From NCBI GenBank assembly GCA_964106915.2, contig OZ066922.1: a DNA stretch of 64,000 nucleotides. One strand, written 5' to 3'. The position numbers and the translations under genes are program-made. Below, in pieces: positions 13,542-26,787 of the stretch (its first letter is position 1; each line of letters begins with the position of its first letter). This stretch comes from Podarcis gaigeae (taxonomy: Eukaryota). Under the pieces are notes generated by a model, which ran no database searches, was not told where the DNA came from, and was given only the letters and a program-made list of their open reading frames with translations.

Positions 13542-16426
13542 CTCCACAGATGGATAAACGTTCTCAGCCAGTTCTGGTTCTACCCCAGGCGAGATGTGCA
13601 AATGTGCAACAGTTTTGTGGGTCTCCCCCAGTGCAGGGTGAGCCTGACGGGATCTCTTAGAGAGGATGGGGCATTTCTTGTAGAGTCAGACAGGTTCCTC
13701 TCATCCATTTGCTCTAGTATCTAACTTTCTTTCTAGGTGAGAGAACATATCCCTGCAAACAATTTGTGGATGGTGAAATTTGGGGCACAATTTTTCTAAT
13801 AAATATCCAAGCAAAGAGGTAATTCTCCAACAGTTTTTTAGGAGTGGAGCAAACTAGCAGAGGCACAGCCCCCCCCCCCCGCTTTTTTGTTTTTTGTTGC
13901 TGCTTTCACAAGTGGCAGGGATTGTGTGCACAATTCAGGTATTCTTTTATATGTACCATAATTCCCTGAATCTTATGGGGGTAGAAAGTGTGGCTGCCCC
14001 TTGCCAAAAGGTAGAGAATAATTAGCAAAGATCCCCCTTTGTTTCAGAGTGGGTAAGAATGTTTCCCCCCTGACACACCTTTTCTTTTGAAAAGAGCTTG
14101 GCTCTTCTTCGTATATCAAAGTTGGAGATAAGCGGAGAAAATATGTTTCCAGGAGAGTCAGACTATGCATTCTTTTCATTTCCCTCATCTACTAAACCAT
14201 CCTTGCTGCCTCACCCAACCTGGTTGCAAGCACACACACAAATACACCCAGTACTGTGAAGAAATCAGTCAGTCCAGGTCAGCTGAAACTTTATGACTGG
14301 ATTCCTTCAGTGGAAGATGAAGCAATCAATCAAAAATAAGTCAAAAGGGGGTGGGAAGAGATGTTCATGGTTCTGTATGCCCTCTGAACTGGCATGGTAG
14401 GCAACTACAAACACCGTCTTTCCAAGAGAGGCTTTCACTTTCAGTTCCTTCTAATATCCTTTCTGCTAAATTAAGAAAGAGGCATTTGAAGTGCTCGTGA
14501 CGCTAATGCCCTCTGTTCAATGACTAGATGCATACAGCTGAAATATGTGCCAGTCTTGTAACAGTATGACAAAACCTTGGCTTGAGACAGGGACATCGTT
14601 ACTTCCTGACAACCTGCCTATAATCGTTCCAAATAACAAGCAGGCACACCAATTACAAAGCAATGATAAGCTTTGCTTGAATTATAACTGAGTGGCAATA
14701 GCTTAAGACAGCTTTCTTCTAAAGAATGAACATGTTGCAAACACAATGCCTACACAGAACAGTTGTGTGCGTGTCACAAATTAACTACATGGCATGCACA
14801 TGTCAGTGGATACTAAATCAACCACAGTATATCACAACCCTGTTGCAGTTATTGCCTGTCACCATTTGTGGAGAAGTATATATAAATAGAATTTGCATTG
14901 TCTAGTAGTTGAAAACTTCCCTACTTGATAAATCTAACATTTTGCTTGTAATAACAGTTTTGACAGTACCTCTGCTCACAGCAAACTGCCACAGTCATTT
15001 GCTTTGCTCCAATGGTGCTTGGCTGTCACAGCCTGTCATGTGGGAAGAAAGCACCAGATCTAACCCCATGTGACAGGGTTTAATCATTCCCATTACTCCT
15101 GTTGGCTGTTTAGGCCACTTTGAAGGATGCAGCATATAGCTCTAACCCACAAAGTGTCCTTGATTTACAAACCAGAAATGCTATGTTATTGTGATGAAGG
15201 CTGGGCAGTCTGACCAAAGTGCAGAAATGCAGTTAGAGAGGCATGTGGGAAAGAAGACTGATTTCTAAATCTGTTTGGTAGGCAATATGTTCAAATGTTT
15301 TATCAAAATCAAATGGCACGGTACTGGTTTTCAAAGGTGCCAACAATTATTTAAATCCTTTGGATTACGGGTAAGAAATATGGAGTCAGAGAGGGGATTC
15401 ATATGACCTGGATGTTCCTGTTTGTTGTCACTTAAAACCTTACTACATGCCATCTTTAAGTGCGGTGTAACTACAGCCTGTACATGATTGATCCCAGTAG
15501 TTCCACTTCTGAATTCTACTTGTTTGTTAAGTCTCATCCAATCTGTAACAGTCCCCAGGTACTAATCCTGGATCTGCAACGATACCTAATACAAATTTTA
15601 AAAACTGAGCTGGAAGTCACTGGAATGCTGAAGACATTGTACAGCAAATCTTTAGACAATTTCTGTGACTGTCTTCATTTCTGGGGTGCAGCCACTTCTT
15701 CCCCCCTGTGCAAGTAATGGAGACAATGATATCTCCATTAACTTGTTTACAAGGAAAGAAGAGGCTGGATCCCCAGAAATGGCTAGGAAAGAAGCCTACA
15801 TGTTCTAGCAAGATCCACTGCATTGATTGGAAAACAAATCAATTGATTGGAAAACAACAAATAATGTGTTTGAGAGAACTAGACATTGGAATTAAATGTA
15901 CCTCTAGAACACTGGTTCATATAAATGAATATTATATTTCTTAACTCACCGAAAAGCTAAACTAACCGCTCTGTTGCTAGTGCTTTGGGGCCTTTCCCTA
16001 CAATTTCTCCTTCTTGTTCTGAAAACAGCTCTAGGGGCCAGAACAAACATCTAAAGGCACATGTCTTTGTGCCACTTCAGACCATCAAAGTCCTCAATGT
16101 AACCATGAATAACAATGTGTAAAAAAATAAGAGTGTTGACAAAGGATGCATTCACAGTAGGGTTTCTCTGTGATCATGTATTCTGTGTATATGACTGCAT
16201 CAGTGCATTAAGGCATTTGACGATATGAACTTTCCTTTTGTAAAATCAGAATGGTCAAGATCAATGTAATAAAAATGTTCAGTGAATAAAGTACCAATAG
16301 GTTTATTAAAAAATGAATCTTATTCTTGCACTTGTCCCTCTGATGTCACATATCTACAGTTTTCTGTTTGATTCCTACGTATGTTCAATGCAAAAAGCAC
16401 TCTAATACTGGAGGGTTTCCCCACTA

Positions 16427-16668
16427 CAGTGGTACTTCAGGTTAAGTACTTAATTCGTTCCAGAGGTCCGTACTTAACCTGAAACTGTTCTTAACCTGAA
16501 GCACCACTTTAGCTAATGGGGCCTCCTGCTGCCGCCACGCCACCAGAGCATGATTTCTGTTCTCATCCTGAAGCAAAGTTCTTAACCCAAGGTACTATTT
16601 CTGGGTTAGTGGAGTCTGTAACCTGAAGCATATGTAACCTGAAGCGTATGTAACCCGAGGTACCACTG
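16427..16668. mobile_element. Tc1/mariner (Tigger-like) MITE, family A
   Basis: TIR CAGTGGTAC...GTACCACTG, TA TSD; same family as 26788 and 52032, opposite orientation. Confidence 0.9.
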
Positions 16669-17149
16669 TATTCTATTCAATTTCAGTTCACCAACTCACC
16701 ATTACCAACTAGGCAACTAGTAAAGAAGCTGAAGATCAAATAATATGAAATATTCTATAGCTAATTGAAATGGAAGAAATTTCAGAATGGATGTAAAGAA
16801 TAATATTTTCCATATGGCACATGGTTGGCACCGGTGACTTAACATCTACAGTGGTCTACTACTGTCAGAGCTGAACTGCCAGAAGGGAACTAAAATTTGT
16901 GCCAGGAAGTCAGAGTTGAGAGACTAGGAGGGGCCAGATGTCAACCTGAGTTGTCAACCAATGATCCTTTGAATGCTTCACTACCCACTCCAAACATTAG
17001 CTCTGGGGGCTGAAAAAAGGTGGATGCTGCACACAGAATTGAGGATTTATTCTAGTTCTATCCCCAGTAGCTTCCGAGAACGACTTAGATTGTTGCCATC
17101 TGTATTGTCAACCTGCAGATACCACAAACATTAAATGGTTAAGTGTGCA

Positions 17150-17420
17150 AACCTACACAAACTTACTTCAACTCAATGGAATTATTTTTCAGCGCTTATG
17201 AATAGGATTGTGCTGCAAGAGGCTCTCCATACAATCTGTGTTATTAACTGCTCTATAACCACGGCAATAATCACTATTTCTGTGGCTTCAATCAGCTCAG
17301 CTCAGCGGCTTTTACCCATGTGGACTGTCCCCAAGCGATGAAAGCAGATTGACCATACAGCTGTCAATGTTTGACTGTCAAGTAAAGCAGTCTGAATAAT
17401 AACTATTTGATTATGCATTG
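17150..17420. promoter_or_regulatory. Candidate conserved non-coding element / enhancer
   Basis: Repeat-free, CpG-retaining block with clustered TALE (CTGTCA) and E-box (CAGCTG) motifs; conservation not verifiable here. Confidence 0.3.
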
Positions 17421-19639
17421 CTATTACATTTAAATATGAAATTTTGACCCAAAACCTTGAAAGGGCAAGGATGTATAAGTTGTACTATGGTTTTCTTTGC
17501 TGTCATGTTTCTGCAAAAGCAGGTTGGCTGTATGAGCTCTGACACTGTGCCAAAGCAGTGTTTCTACTACAATGCACTTTGGTTGCAAGGTTAGAAAAGC
17601 CAGCAATCATGCTGAACACAAAGACAGAGTGTTCCTTCTTTACCCATTGATGGGATGAACCACTTAAAAAGACTTTTGTCTAGATAGCTAAATTATAGTA
17701 ACTGTGACAGATGGTGCCACTTGTTCAGATCAGAATTTGACCACCATGAATTAGTCAGGGGTACAGGAATTGGGTGACAGAGGTGGCAGTGTGAGAATAT
17801 GGGGTGATGTACTACAAGTGCTGAGCTTTTTACGTTGTTTTAATTGCTGGTGCTAGAATATTACCAGTACTCTCATTCATGCATACATGTGACAATTTCT
17901 AGCAATAATTATATGTCTACTTAATGTGATCCTTGTTCATACTGTAGATAAAATGTACTGCTGGGTGGCTGGAGTCAGCAGTTAAAGAATTAAAGGTGCA
18001 TGTCTGATTTCACCCCTTCCTTCCACTGCCTAGGATTTAAAAATCCTTTTCCATTTAGTGTTACTCTTACAAATTCCTAAAAGGACTGCTTCACATTTCT
18101 TTAACTACGCAGCACAACCATATACATAAAAGGAGAAATTTCCTCTTTTCAGGGCAGAGCTACATATAAGCACTTCTTTCATTTGGTAAAGCAATGTCTG
18201 TATCTTTTTGCCTAGCAGAGTAATAACAGAGATAGGATTTTTAATGGATGGAAAAATCAGTCTATTTCATGTCATCTTTACATCTGATCACTCATAAATC
18301 TGATTCTACCTTAAAATGCATTTAAACAGTGGCAAAATTATGGTTTATTTCTCCTAGGTAAAAGACCCAGTTTGGCACACACACAGGCTGGGAGCCTCAA
18401 TGACTCCCCTCTGGAGGCTTCACACAGGGCAAAAACTTGGCTAGCACCCCCCATATAGCTATGGCTCTGATTTAAATATAGATAACATAAATGTAGAAAT
18501 TCATATTTTAAAATCAAAATGTTCATTTCCAAGCACATTTTGTGCTGAGAACTGCGTGGGAACATTCAGCAAGTGCAAAAGCCAGTGGATACTAAATCCT
18601 AATCTACACATTAATCCAGAAGGTGTAGATCAGTCGGTTCATAACAGAATTCCGAAGGATCAAATTAATTCAGCATCCCTAGATTTCCAGCAGAAACAAT
18701 ATTGTGTGAGAGAGGAGTTAAGATGGCTTTTTATTGTGGCTAGTATTGTGCTTCAGATTGAAACCCCAGTGGCTGCACTGCATGGGAAAATGATAATGTG
18801 CCATTCCACACTGTGTGCTTACATTGCAACGACACTTACAAGAAGCTGAAACAATTTGGGAGATACAAGGATTGTGTGGCTGTGTATAGTCATTACAATG
18901 CAGATCTTGCAGACTGAAGGCATAAAAGGATTTGCACTGACCTTCAGAGAGTGTGTTGTATGCAGACCCAGCTTAAGTAACAGCCAGATGCATGTAATTT
19001 ACAGAACAATCCTAACAATACCATTTTCAGGGTGGTGCTCAATTGCATCTCGACCACCATCCATCAGCACAAAGGGTGGCTCCTTTGTGGCAGAGGCTCT
19101 AGCTCCACCCAAATTACCTTTGTCCTCCTGCTAGCCAAGGCCAGCTGAAAACCCCTACATGGGGTATTTGGTGTGGTGCTAGTGGCTTTTGACTTGTTGG
19201 ATCTCTGCATTTCCCAAAGGGCCTAACTCTTGGGCCCCTCAGTTAAACCAGCCTGATATAGGTGTGGTGAAAACAGGAAAAAATGTCCATTCCTGTATCT
19301 TCCAATCTGGCTGGGATAGGTCAGCAGAACTTTGAATGATGCAGAGGATGCCGAGTCCCATGCCTCTACAGCCCCTTTAAAAAAATACTCTGCTATACAC
19401 TACTGGAGGTGGAATGATAGCAGCTGCTGGCATCAGACTTGCCCTCTGATGAGTCACTGTTAAAAAAAAAAAAAGAACTATATGTTGTGCCTCATGCTGA
19501 TTCCTAGTGAAATAATACTCTTTTCTCCTTCAAACCCTGGTAATCATGTTATGAAGCCAATCTTAATTCAAAAGCATGGCACTATGACAGGAAAGAATAT
19601 ATGTGCAATAAATGCATTTATTACGCTAATGCCAAAACA

Positions 19640-20680
19640 GGGAATTGACTTAACATCAGTCAAGAATTTGGATCACGGCAAAAAAATATGAATTTATTTA
19701 AGGCTAATTATGAGAGGATATGGAAAGAAATTAAGAAAGACATGGAAATTTGGAGCAGATTAAATTTGCCATTATGGGGAATAAGCTCTACTATAAAAAT
19801 GAATGTGTTACCCAAAATGTTATTCCTGTTTTAAATGATCCCCATTATAGGGGGACAGGATGCATTAAACATTGGCAGAAGGAGCTATCTAAATTTATCT
19901 GGCAAGGTAAGAAACCCCAAATTAGATATAAACTTCTAATGGATATAAAGGAAAAAGGGGGCTTCGCTTTGCCAAACCTAAAGCTTTATTACGAGGCATC
20001 ATGTTTGTGTTGGTTAAAAGAATTGATGACCCTGAAAAATACGGATATATTGGCTATAGAAGGATGGGATAACAGATTATGGAAGGCACACATATTTGGG
20101 TTACAATAAAGTGAAAGTACATAGGGGGTTCCTAAATCGTATAATTTGGAAATCCTGATACACAGTATGGGGCAGATATAGAAATTTGTTGGAACCAAAG
20201 ACACCTGGGTGGTTGTCACCGCTAGAGGCCTTCTTGATAAAGAAAAGAAATAGAATAAAATTGGGCAACTTATAAAGAAATCCTGTTTGAAGAACATAAT
20301 CATCTTAAATTTTAAAAATTTGAAGAGATAAGACATTGTGTATGGATTGGCTACTACAGTATCATCAACTGAATGATGTGTTTAAACTAGACAGAAAAAT
20401 TGGGTTTGAAAAAGAGATGTCGAAATTGGAAAAAGAATTAATATAAAATAAAATAAAAATTATCAAAAACTTAGATATTATTGTTGGATTGGGAACTAAA
20501 GGATGAAGTTATTAAAGATGTGATGGTTAAATGGGCAAAGGACTTTGGGTATTCAAACTAGATGGAAGATTGGGAAAGATTGTGGCAAAAAGATAAAAAA
20601 TTTATGGCCTGCTATATATTAAAAGAAAAATTTCTGAAAATGCTATATAGGTGGTATATGACCCCCCAGCAAGCTGACAG
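19640..20680 (+). mobile_element. L1 LINE ORF2 fragment (post-RT region), frameshifted
   Basis: IKMNVLPKMLFLF, WQKELSKFIWQGKKPQIRYKLLMDIKEKGGFALPNLKLYYEA and YRWYMTP motifs. Confidence 0.88.
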
Positions 20681-21429
20681 GAAAAAATATATGAATTCAG
20701 AACATCTAGTTTATGTATTTGGGGTATAAGGTAGCTCAGGTGGCCTGCCAAAATTGTGGTGTTGTTGATATGCAGCCAGGAAGAATATTATTGGTTCCCT
20801 TCTATGTGTGGCATTAATAATAAAGCAAAATAGACAAACATCCAATTCTTCTGCATAGACCGTTTTAAATAACCTCTTACAACTCACCGCACAAGGTAAT
20901 TGATATGAATCTTAGGAAATAAATGTAACATCTGACTTTATCATTGACTCTTTGATTTCATCACTGAAGAAGTCTTACATTTCCATAGTGTGAGTGGCAG
21001 CAGGAAATGGTTTTCAAATTCTTCTTGGCAGATGGAATAAAACCTGCCCAGTTATTAAATTAACATGTAACTATTTTTAGATTCCATATCCAAATCCTTT
21101 CCTTTCTTCTTTTGTGAGAAGATAGGTCACTGCAAATCAAATCTTAAACGCATTCCTATTTCGGAATGAAAGCATATACTACACACACTTTATCACCCAT
21201 TGTGTTCCATAACTTAATTTAATGGGGTGTTTTCCTGGTCATCATACAAACTCTATGACCAAGAGTGGAATCCCAGCATTATTGGCCTCAATAATGAAGC
21301 AACAAGGTAAGAACGGAGTTAGGTAGCAGGGCAAATTGGGCAGCAGGGAAAGGCCAGGCCAGATTATGCCCTCCTTGCTTCTGACCTAACATATCCCAAA
21401 CTTCAAAGTAAATTATCAACAACCAACAA

Positions 21430-21960
21430 TAACAGGGATGCAGGTAGAAATCCAGCAGGGGTGTGCAGGATGTCCAGTATGTTGTACAGAGTTGCACATG
21501 TACAGCTTCCTGCCTTTTGAACACTAGCTGTATGCTCTTCAGGGAACACAATTTCTTTCCTTGAGGCTAAGGTAACTGACTTGGTGAAGCTGAGAGAGGC
21601 AGGTAGATTGGTGGATGAAACCTTCAGGGATGTAGTAGCAGCTTTCCACTGCCAAGGTGGCATCTCCTCTGCTCTTATAGTGTGTCTTCGGGGAAGGATG
21701 GTAACAATCAGAAGAAGAAGGAAATAATCCTTTAGATGGAACCAATTATTTTTGGGATGAGCAGCTATGCTATTTGGGGGTGGAGGGCTTATTGTAGTAG
21801 ATAATTCAGTCATTAGGCACACTGATAGGTGAGTTTGTGAAATGCATGCTGACTGCATCATGACCTGCCTGCCTTGTATGAAAGCTACAGATATCATGTG
21901 ACATCTAGAAAACCTGACAGACAGAGCTGGGTAGGAGTAAGTGGTCATGAATAAATCAGT
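21430..21960 (-). mobile_element. Ancient L2/CR1-type endonuclease remnant
   Basis: ACISQTHL resembles the APE ACITETWL motif; heavily decayed. Confidence 0.3.
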
Positions 21961-23386
21961 GGTTATGATGCCCTGCCCTGCCCTACTGTCCTGGAAGAAA
22001 GAGTTGGGTTGCTAAATAAGAGGCTGAAAGCCAGGATGTTCAATGTAGTTTTGCCTGTACAGAACCAGCCTGACATGAATGGATCAGACAGTGGTGTCAG
22101 GAAGAGTTATTTGGATTTACTGGTACTGGGGAATGTTTTGCAACAAGACAGGCCTGTGCAAAAAAAGCAGGCTCCACTTGAACCAGAATGGAAGCAGGCT
22201 GTTGAGATAAAAAAAGAGAGAGAGCAGCTTTTAGGCTTATTGCTGGAGAAAAGCCAACAGGAGCTGAGGAGGGTCCAGTTTTGGATATATAATGTTAGGA
22301 TATATTGCGAAAATGTTTTTGCTTGTCCAAATGGAAGAGGAGGAGAATAAAGAAAGTACAGGGGCATATGATAACAATTCAAAGTAGCCCAAGTCCCATA
22401 GTGTACAATCCACGTGCCAGAGACCTCTGGAGGGAGATATTATAGGTGATGGTGATGGTGGTGGCACTGTAGAGCTTGGTTTCAAAGCAGAGCATAAATA
22501 TAGTGGGCATAATGGAACCTTGAATGGAGGGACCTAGTGAGACACTATTATCTCTAAAAATAGGAATGACAGGGAAGCGTGTGTGGTAAGTGGTGTCACG
22601 CTGCATGTCAAAGAGAGCATATCAGTCAACAAGTGAGAACCCCACAAAGGAGCAGACTCCTTCACAGAATTGTGGATGCCAGATGGTGATACCAGCCCAC
22701 CCTCCAAAGAGTGACCTTGAGATGAAGAATGAAATCAAAGTGGGATCCAATGCAGGAAATGTGATAATAGGTTAGTTCATAACAAAAAAGGTAAAATGTC
22801 TAGATATCCTAAATGATTGCGTGTAAATGAAAAAAGGTTGGTGTGCACCATACATGACAGGTGGGGTGGGGTGGGGGAAGAGAAGCTGCTTTGGGGTTGT
22901 CAGTCCTATCTGAGTAGAAGGAGACAAAACTATATCAACGCAAAACTTTTTTCAAAATGATTGCCTCCATTTGAAGTTTTACTGTCTTCAGGGCTCTGTA
23001 GCAGATAAAACCAGTAGGAACATTCTCTTTCCTGCTGTTCAGTTCTTTCCCCATTGACATCCCCTTTGATGCTGCTAGAAAGAGAGATTTTTAAAATGCA
23101 GGTTTTTAAAACAAGTTACTTTCTTTGTGACCTGAGATGAATTTTAAGGGCTTTACAAATGAGAGGCCTTCAAAGAGGTGTATGGGTGAACAATGAACCA
23201 CATAGTTTCAGTGAAAAATATAACCTATATAAATATTTCTTTACATTCTTATTTGAAAAAGATTTTTAAAAAAACATTTTTTATAATTGCAATATTGCAT
23301 TTAGATTACCGAGCAATAATTTATGCCACCCGCACTGAATGGCACTTGGCCTTTGGCCTCTTGCCTAACAATACCCTGAATAAAAA

Positions 23387-23598
23387 AAATTCCTTCCAGT
23401 AGCACCTTAAAGACCAACTAAGTCAGTTCTTGGTATGAGCTTTCGTGTGCATGCACACTTCTTCAGATACACTGAAACAGAAGTTTCCAGACCCTTCTAT
23501 ATAGTGAGAAGTTGGGGAGGGGTATTACTCAGAAGGGTGGTGGGAATGGGTGATTGGCAGATAGCTGTGATGAGCCTGTTGATGACTCTTAACGACTG
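23387..23598 (-). mobile_element. Penelope-like element 3' fragment
   Basis: Terminal GTTGGTCTTTAAGGTGCTACTGG plus hammerhead motif on minus strand; 18-bp TSD CAATACCCTGAATAAAAA (23369-23386, 23599-23616). Confidence 0.8.
23433..23470 (-). ncRNA. Minimal type I hammerhead ribozyme (Penelope-associated)
   Basis: Minus strand GUAU-CUGAAGA-A-GUGUG CAUG CACAC-GAAA-GCUC-AUAC: core boxes, stem I GUAU/AUAC, stem II, palindromic AGCU stem III. Confidence 0.75.
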
Positions 23599-24010
23599 CA
23601 ATACCCTGAATAAAAATGATTAGATTGTAATTCACACCTGTCATGTCTTATTGCTTAATTAAAGCAACCCCCTTATTAACATGACAAGCAATTGGACAGT
23701 TACCATAATAGATTGTTATCTGACTGGACATATTTTACCTTTGCAGCCTATTCTTCCTTTGGGTACACATGTTGTTCACTTGTGTGAAGAAAACCCAAGC
23801 TGCTTCCTGGCCTATAATCTGCACATCATGTACTTCAAGCAGTCTTCAAAATTCCTTTGAAATTAATGAGTGTTACTCAGCAACTACCCTGAAGTACACA
23901 TGAGCTGTGGTTTAGTTTTACAGTACAAATCAAAACACTACTCAAAATTCCCTCATTTGAACAGCCACCATTGGGAAGCATTGTTTGAGTTGAAGTAAGG
24001 TAATCTGAAA

Positions 24011-24529
24011 AGCAATGACAAACCTAGACAGCATCTTAAAAAGCAGAGACATCACCTTGCCAACAAAGGTCCGTATAGTTAAAGCTATGGTTTTCCCAGT
24101 AGTGATGTATGGAAGGGAGAGCTGGACCATAAAGAAGGCTGATCGCCAAAGAATTGATGCTTTTGAATTATGGTGCTGGAGGAGACTCTTGAGAGTCCCC
24201 TGGACTGCAAGAAGATCAAACCTATCCATTCTGAAGGAAATCAGCCCTGAGTGCTCACAGGAAGGACAGGTCCTGAAGCTGAGGCTCCAATACTTTGGCC
24301 ACCTCATGAGAAGAGAAGACTCCCTGGAAAAGACCCTGATGTTGGGAAAGATGGAGGGCACAAGGAGAAGGGGACGACAGAGGATGAGATGGTTGGATAG
24401 CGTTCTCGAAGCTACCAGCATGAGTTTGACCAAACTGCGGGAGGCAGTGGAAGACAGGAGTGCCTGGCGTGCTCTGGTCCATGGGGTCACGAAGAGTCGG
24501 ACATGATTAAACGACTAAACAACAATAAC
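24011..24529 (+). mobile_element. BovB (RTE clade) LINE, 5'-truncated young copy
   Basis: ORF 24015-24506 MTNLDSILKSRDITLPTKV...IDAFELWCWRRLLRVPWTARRSN...VHGVTKSRT; (CAA)n tail; TSD AATCTGAAA (24002-24010, 24530-24538). Confidence 0.95.
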
Positions 24530-24642
24530 AATCTGAAAGCATGGGTGTTTTATGTGTGGTCGATCTTACATATATATGTTTTGCAATTGGGATTTCGCCT
24601 GAAGTTTAAAATTCAGTGTGTTGCCAACAGTTAGTTAATAGC

Positions 24643-25339
24643 CCTTCATTTGATAAATGAGGAGTACAACAGATCCTGGTCAAAAACCATGGTGTGTAAG
24701 GCCTCCTCAATAGGTCTTTCACCATCTTTTCTTTCCCACCTGGGGTATGATACTGGCCTCAAAACTCTGAAACAGATGTTATGGGATACTGCCTTTAGTG
24801 ATTATGATCTTGCTCACATGTGACCTGTGGCCCATCTGTGTCAGGAATCCATTACCTACAAGGTTTCTGTTATCACCCTACCTTAAGAATTTGACCATAT
24901 CTAGCTATTGTCATCTGTTTTCTAAAACCAGATTAAATGTTTTACCATCTGAAGTGCTGAGGGGAAGATTGGCTGGTGTCCCATATCAAGATAGGCTATG
25001 CCCATGTTCCCAGGATGTTGAATGTATGAAACAAATTTTATTACACTGTTGTCTGTATAATCAGGTTGGGCAGCATCTAATCAATCCAATATTAACAGAA
25101 TAACCTGGAATTGCTGATACTTTTCATATCAAGGTTCTCACTGAGGATAAGATTGATACTATTACATTGGCTATAGCGAGATTCTTCTCAGAGGCAGTAA
25201 AAATCAGAAATCAGTAGGCACAGACTAAAAGCTCCCCTGCTGGCTAGCAAGGCCAAACTTACACCTTAATAACTGTTAATATAGTCTATTATTGTACTGT
25301 GTATTTTGGGTCTATGGACCACAATAAAGCTGTGTGTGT
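24643..25339 (+). mobile_element. Non-LTR retrotransposon 3' fragment with C-terminal CCHC motif (RTE-X-like; clade uncertain)
   Basis: RLNVLPSEVLRGR...RLCPCSQDVE..KQILLHCCLY; AATAAA plus (TG)n tail; TSD GTTAATAGC (24634-24642, 25340-25348). Confidence 0.7.
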
Positions 25340-25570
25340 GTTAATAGCTGTAGAAAAAAGGAACCATAACTTTATATATGGTTCCCCTATAGCTTGCATT
25401 TTTATGGACTTTTAGGCATTTAAAAGTTAGCTGAAACCTGTAATGCCAGAGAAAGACTGAACCCCCAACACCACTGGCTGACAGGATTTTGACATCATAA
25501 CTTAATTTCCCCATTTTTAAAATCTATTTTCAGGTTATTTCATTTGATTTTTCACTCAGTTTTTTTTGCC

Positions 25571-25895
25571 TTTATTGACAGCTCCGTAATAAGAACTCCA
25601 TATGCTGCTAGGGTATTCATGGGGGAAAACCTGAAGTCTTTTAGATGACGGAAAGGTGATTGCCCTTTGAACTGGTACTGGTTTCAAACTGGACTTTCAG
25701 TGTCTCTTCCTCCTGACTTTGCTGATCTATCTGCCATCACTTTTTTGCAGGCCTCAAAATTATTTGACACAGCAGGTGTCTTGTGGATAAGAACACTGTG
25801 GTCCTTATTTAGGTGGGAAATTGGAGTGGAGGCTCTGGGGGATGTTCTGTTCTCCCCACCTCCAACGTCAGTGACCCTGGAAAGAGGTTGGAGTG
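25571..25895 (-). other. Candidate alternative terminal exon of an unidentified host gene
   Basis: Acceptor CCTGCCTTCTGCTTTCTAG, 69 open codons ending ESPV-stop (25684), AATAAA about 110 nt downstream. Confidence 0.25.
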
Positions 25896-26787
25896 CTAGA
25901 AAGCAGAAGGCAGGTTACATCATTCAGAGAGATGGAATACTAGATTTGAATGAAAGGAAAAGTGATGGAAGATTGTGATGTGATGTCAGGATTGTTTCCA
26001 ATGTTGCAAGGCAAATGTATACTATGGAAATTTGAAAAGTCCTACTGAGGCAAAAAAATCTGAAGTCATTTCAAAGGCAGCTTTTCTTTTCTTTTCCTTT
26101 CTTTTTAAAAACAGGGTTTCAATTCTTTGAAGCTTTTCATACATCTCTATATAATTCTTTTCTTGATCTTATAAGCATTGGCTGGCACCATGCTCTGGTG
26201 TTTAAGCGAATCACAACATGTCTGTGACATGATTCACTGTTTGCAGAACTATGCTCTGCGTCTTTATGAGACATTGTAGTAGGTGTGGTGAATTCCACTT
26301 AGGGTCTGGTCTGACATGTGCTGTATCTCCTTTTTGCGTCAGGCCAATTCAGGCAGAGATTTCCCTTTTGCTTTCTCAGAAATAACAAGGGTCAGTTACA
26401 GTCTTAGGCTGACATACCAGGCATCACTATAGTGATCCATTTGTTTTGTGATATACACAGTTGTTCTCACACAGAACAACTTTGGTCACAGAAAGTCAAT
26501 TCATATGATGAATGAAAGCACCCTAAAAAATTACAGTGAAGGAACAAAATTTCACCAAAGTTAAACATATCAGAAAAGGTGCTACTGGACAATTTTTTTA
26601 TGTCAGAAAAATAATTATGAAAGTAAAAGTGTTCTTATAGTTCACTATATATTGTTGCACACCACCCCAATCTCTGAGCAGTGCAATATTCCAGGGGTTC
26701 TGGGCGCTTACCTGGGGTTCAGTTTCCTAAGAATGAGGGACAGCAGAGACTATGGTGTCCCTATGACATATGATTTATTTACACATA

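Noticed and set aside
15950-16018. 69-nt minus-strand exon-like segment (TTTTCAG|...|GTGAGT)
   Set aside because: Short pyrimidine tract and unrecognised peptide; such pairs are expected by chance in 64 kb
19440-19470. CTGATGAG hammerhead-like core
   Set aside because: No stem II or GAAA partner
22009-22350. 113-aa ORF with charged helix
   Set aside because: TTG start, no recognisable homology, adjacent to a decayed LINE remnant on the opposite strand
23942-24490. 182-aa minus-strand ORF
   Set aside because: Antisense shadow of the BovB coding frame
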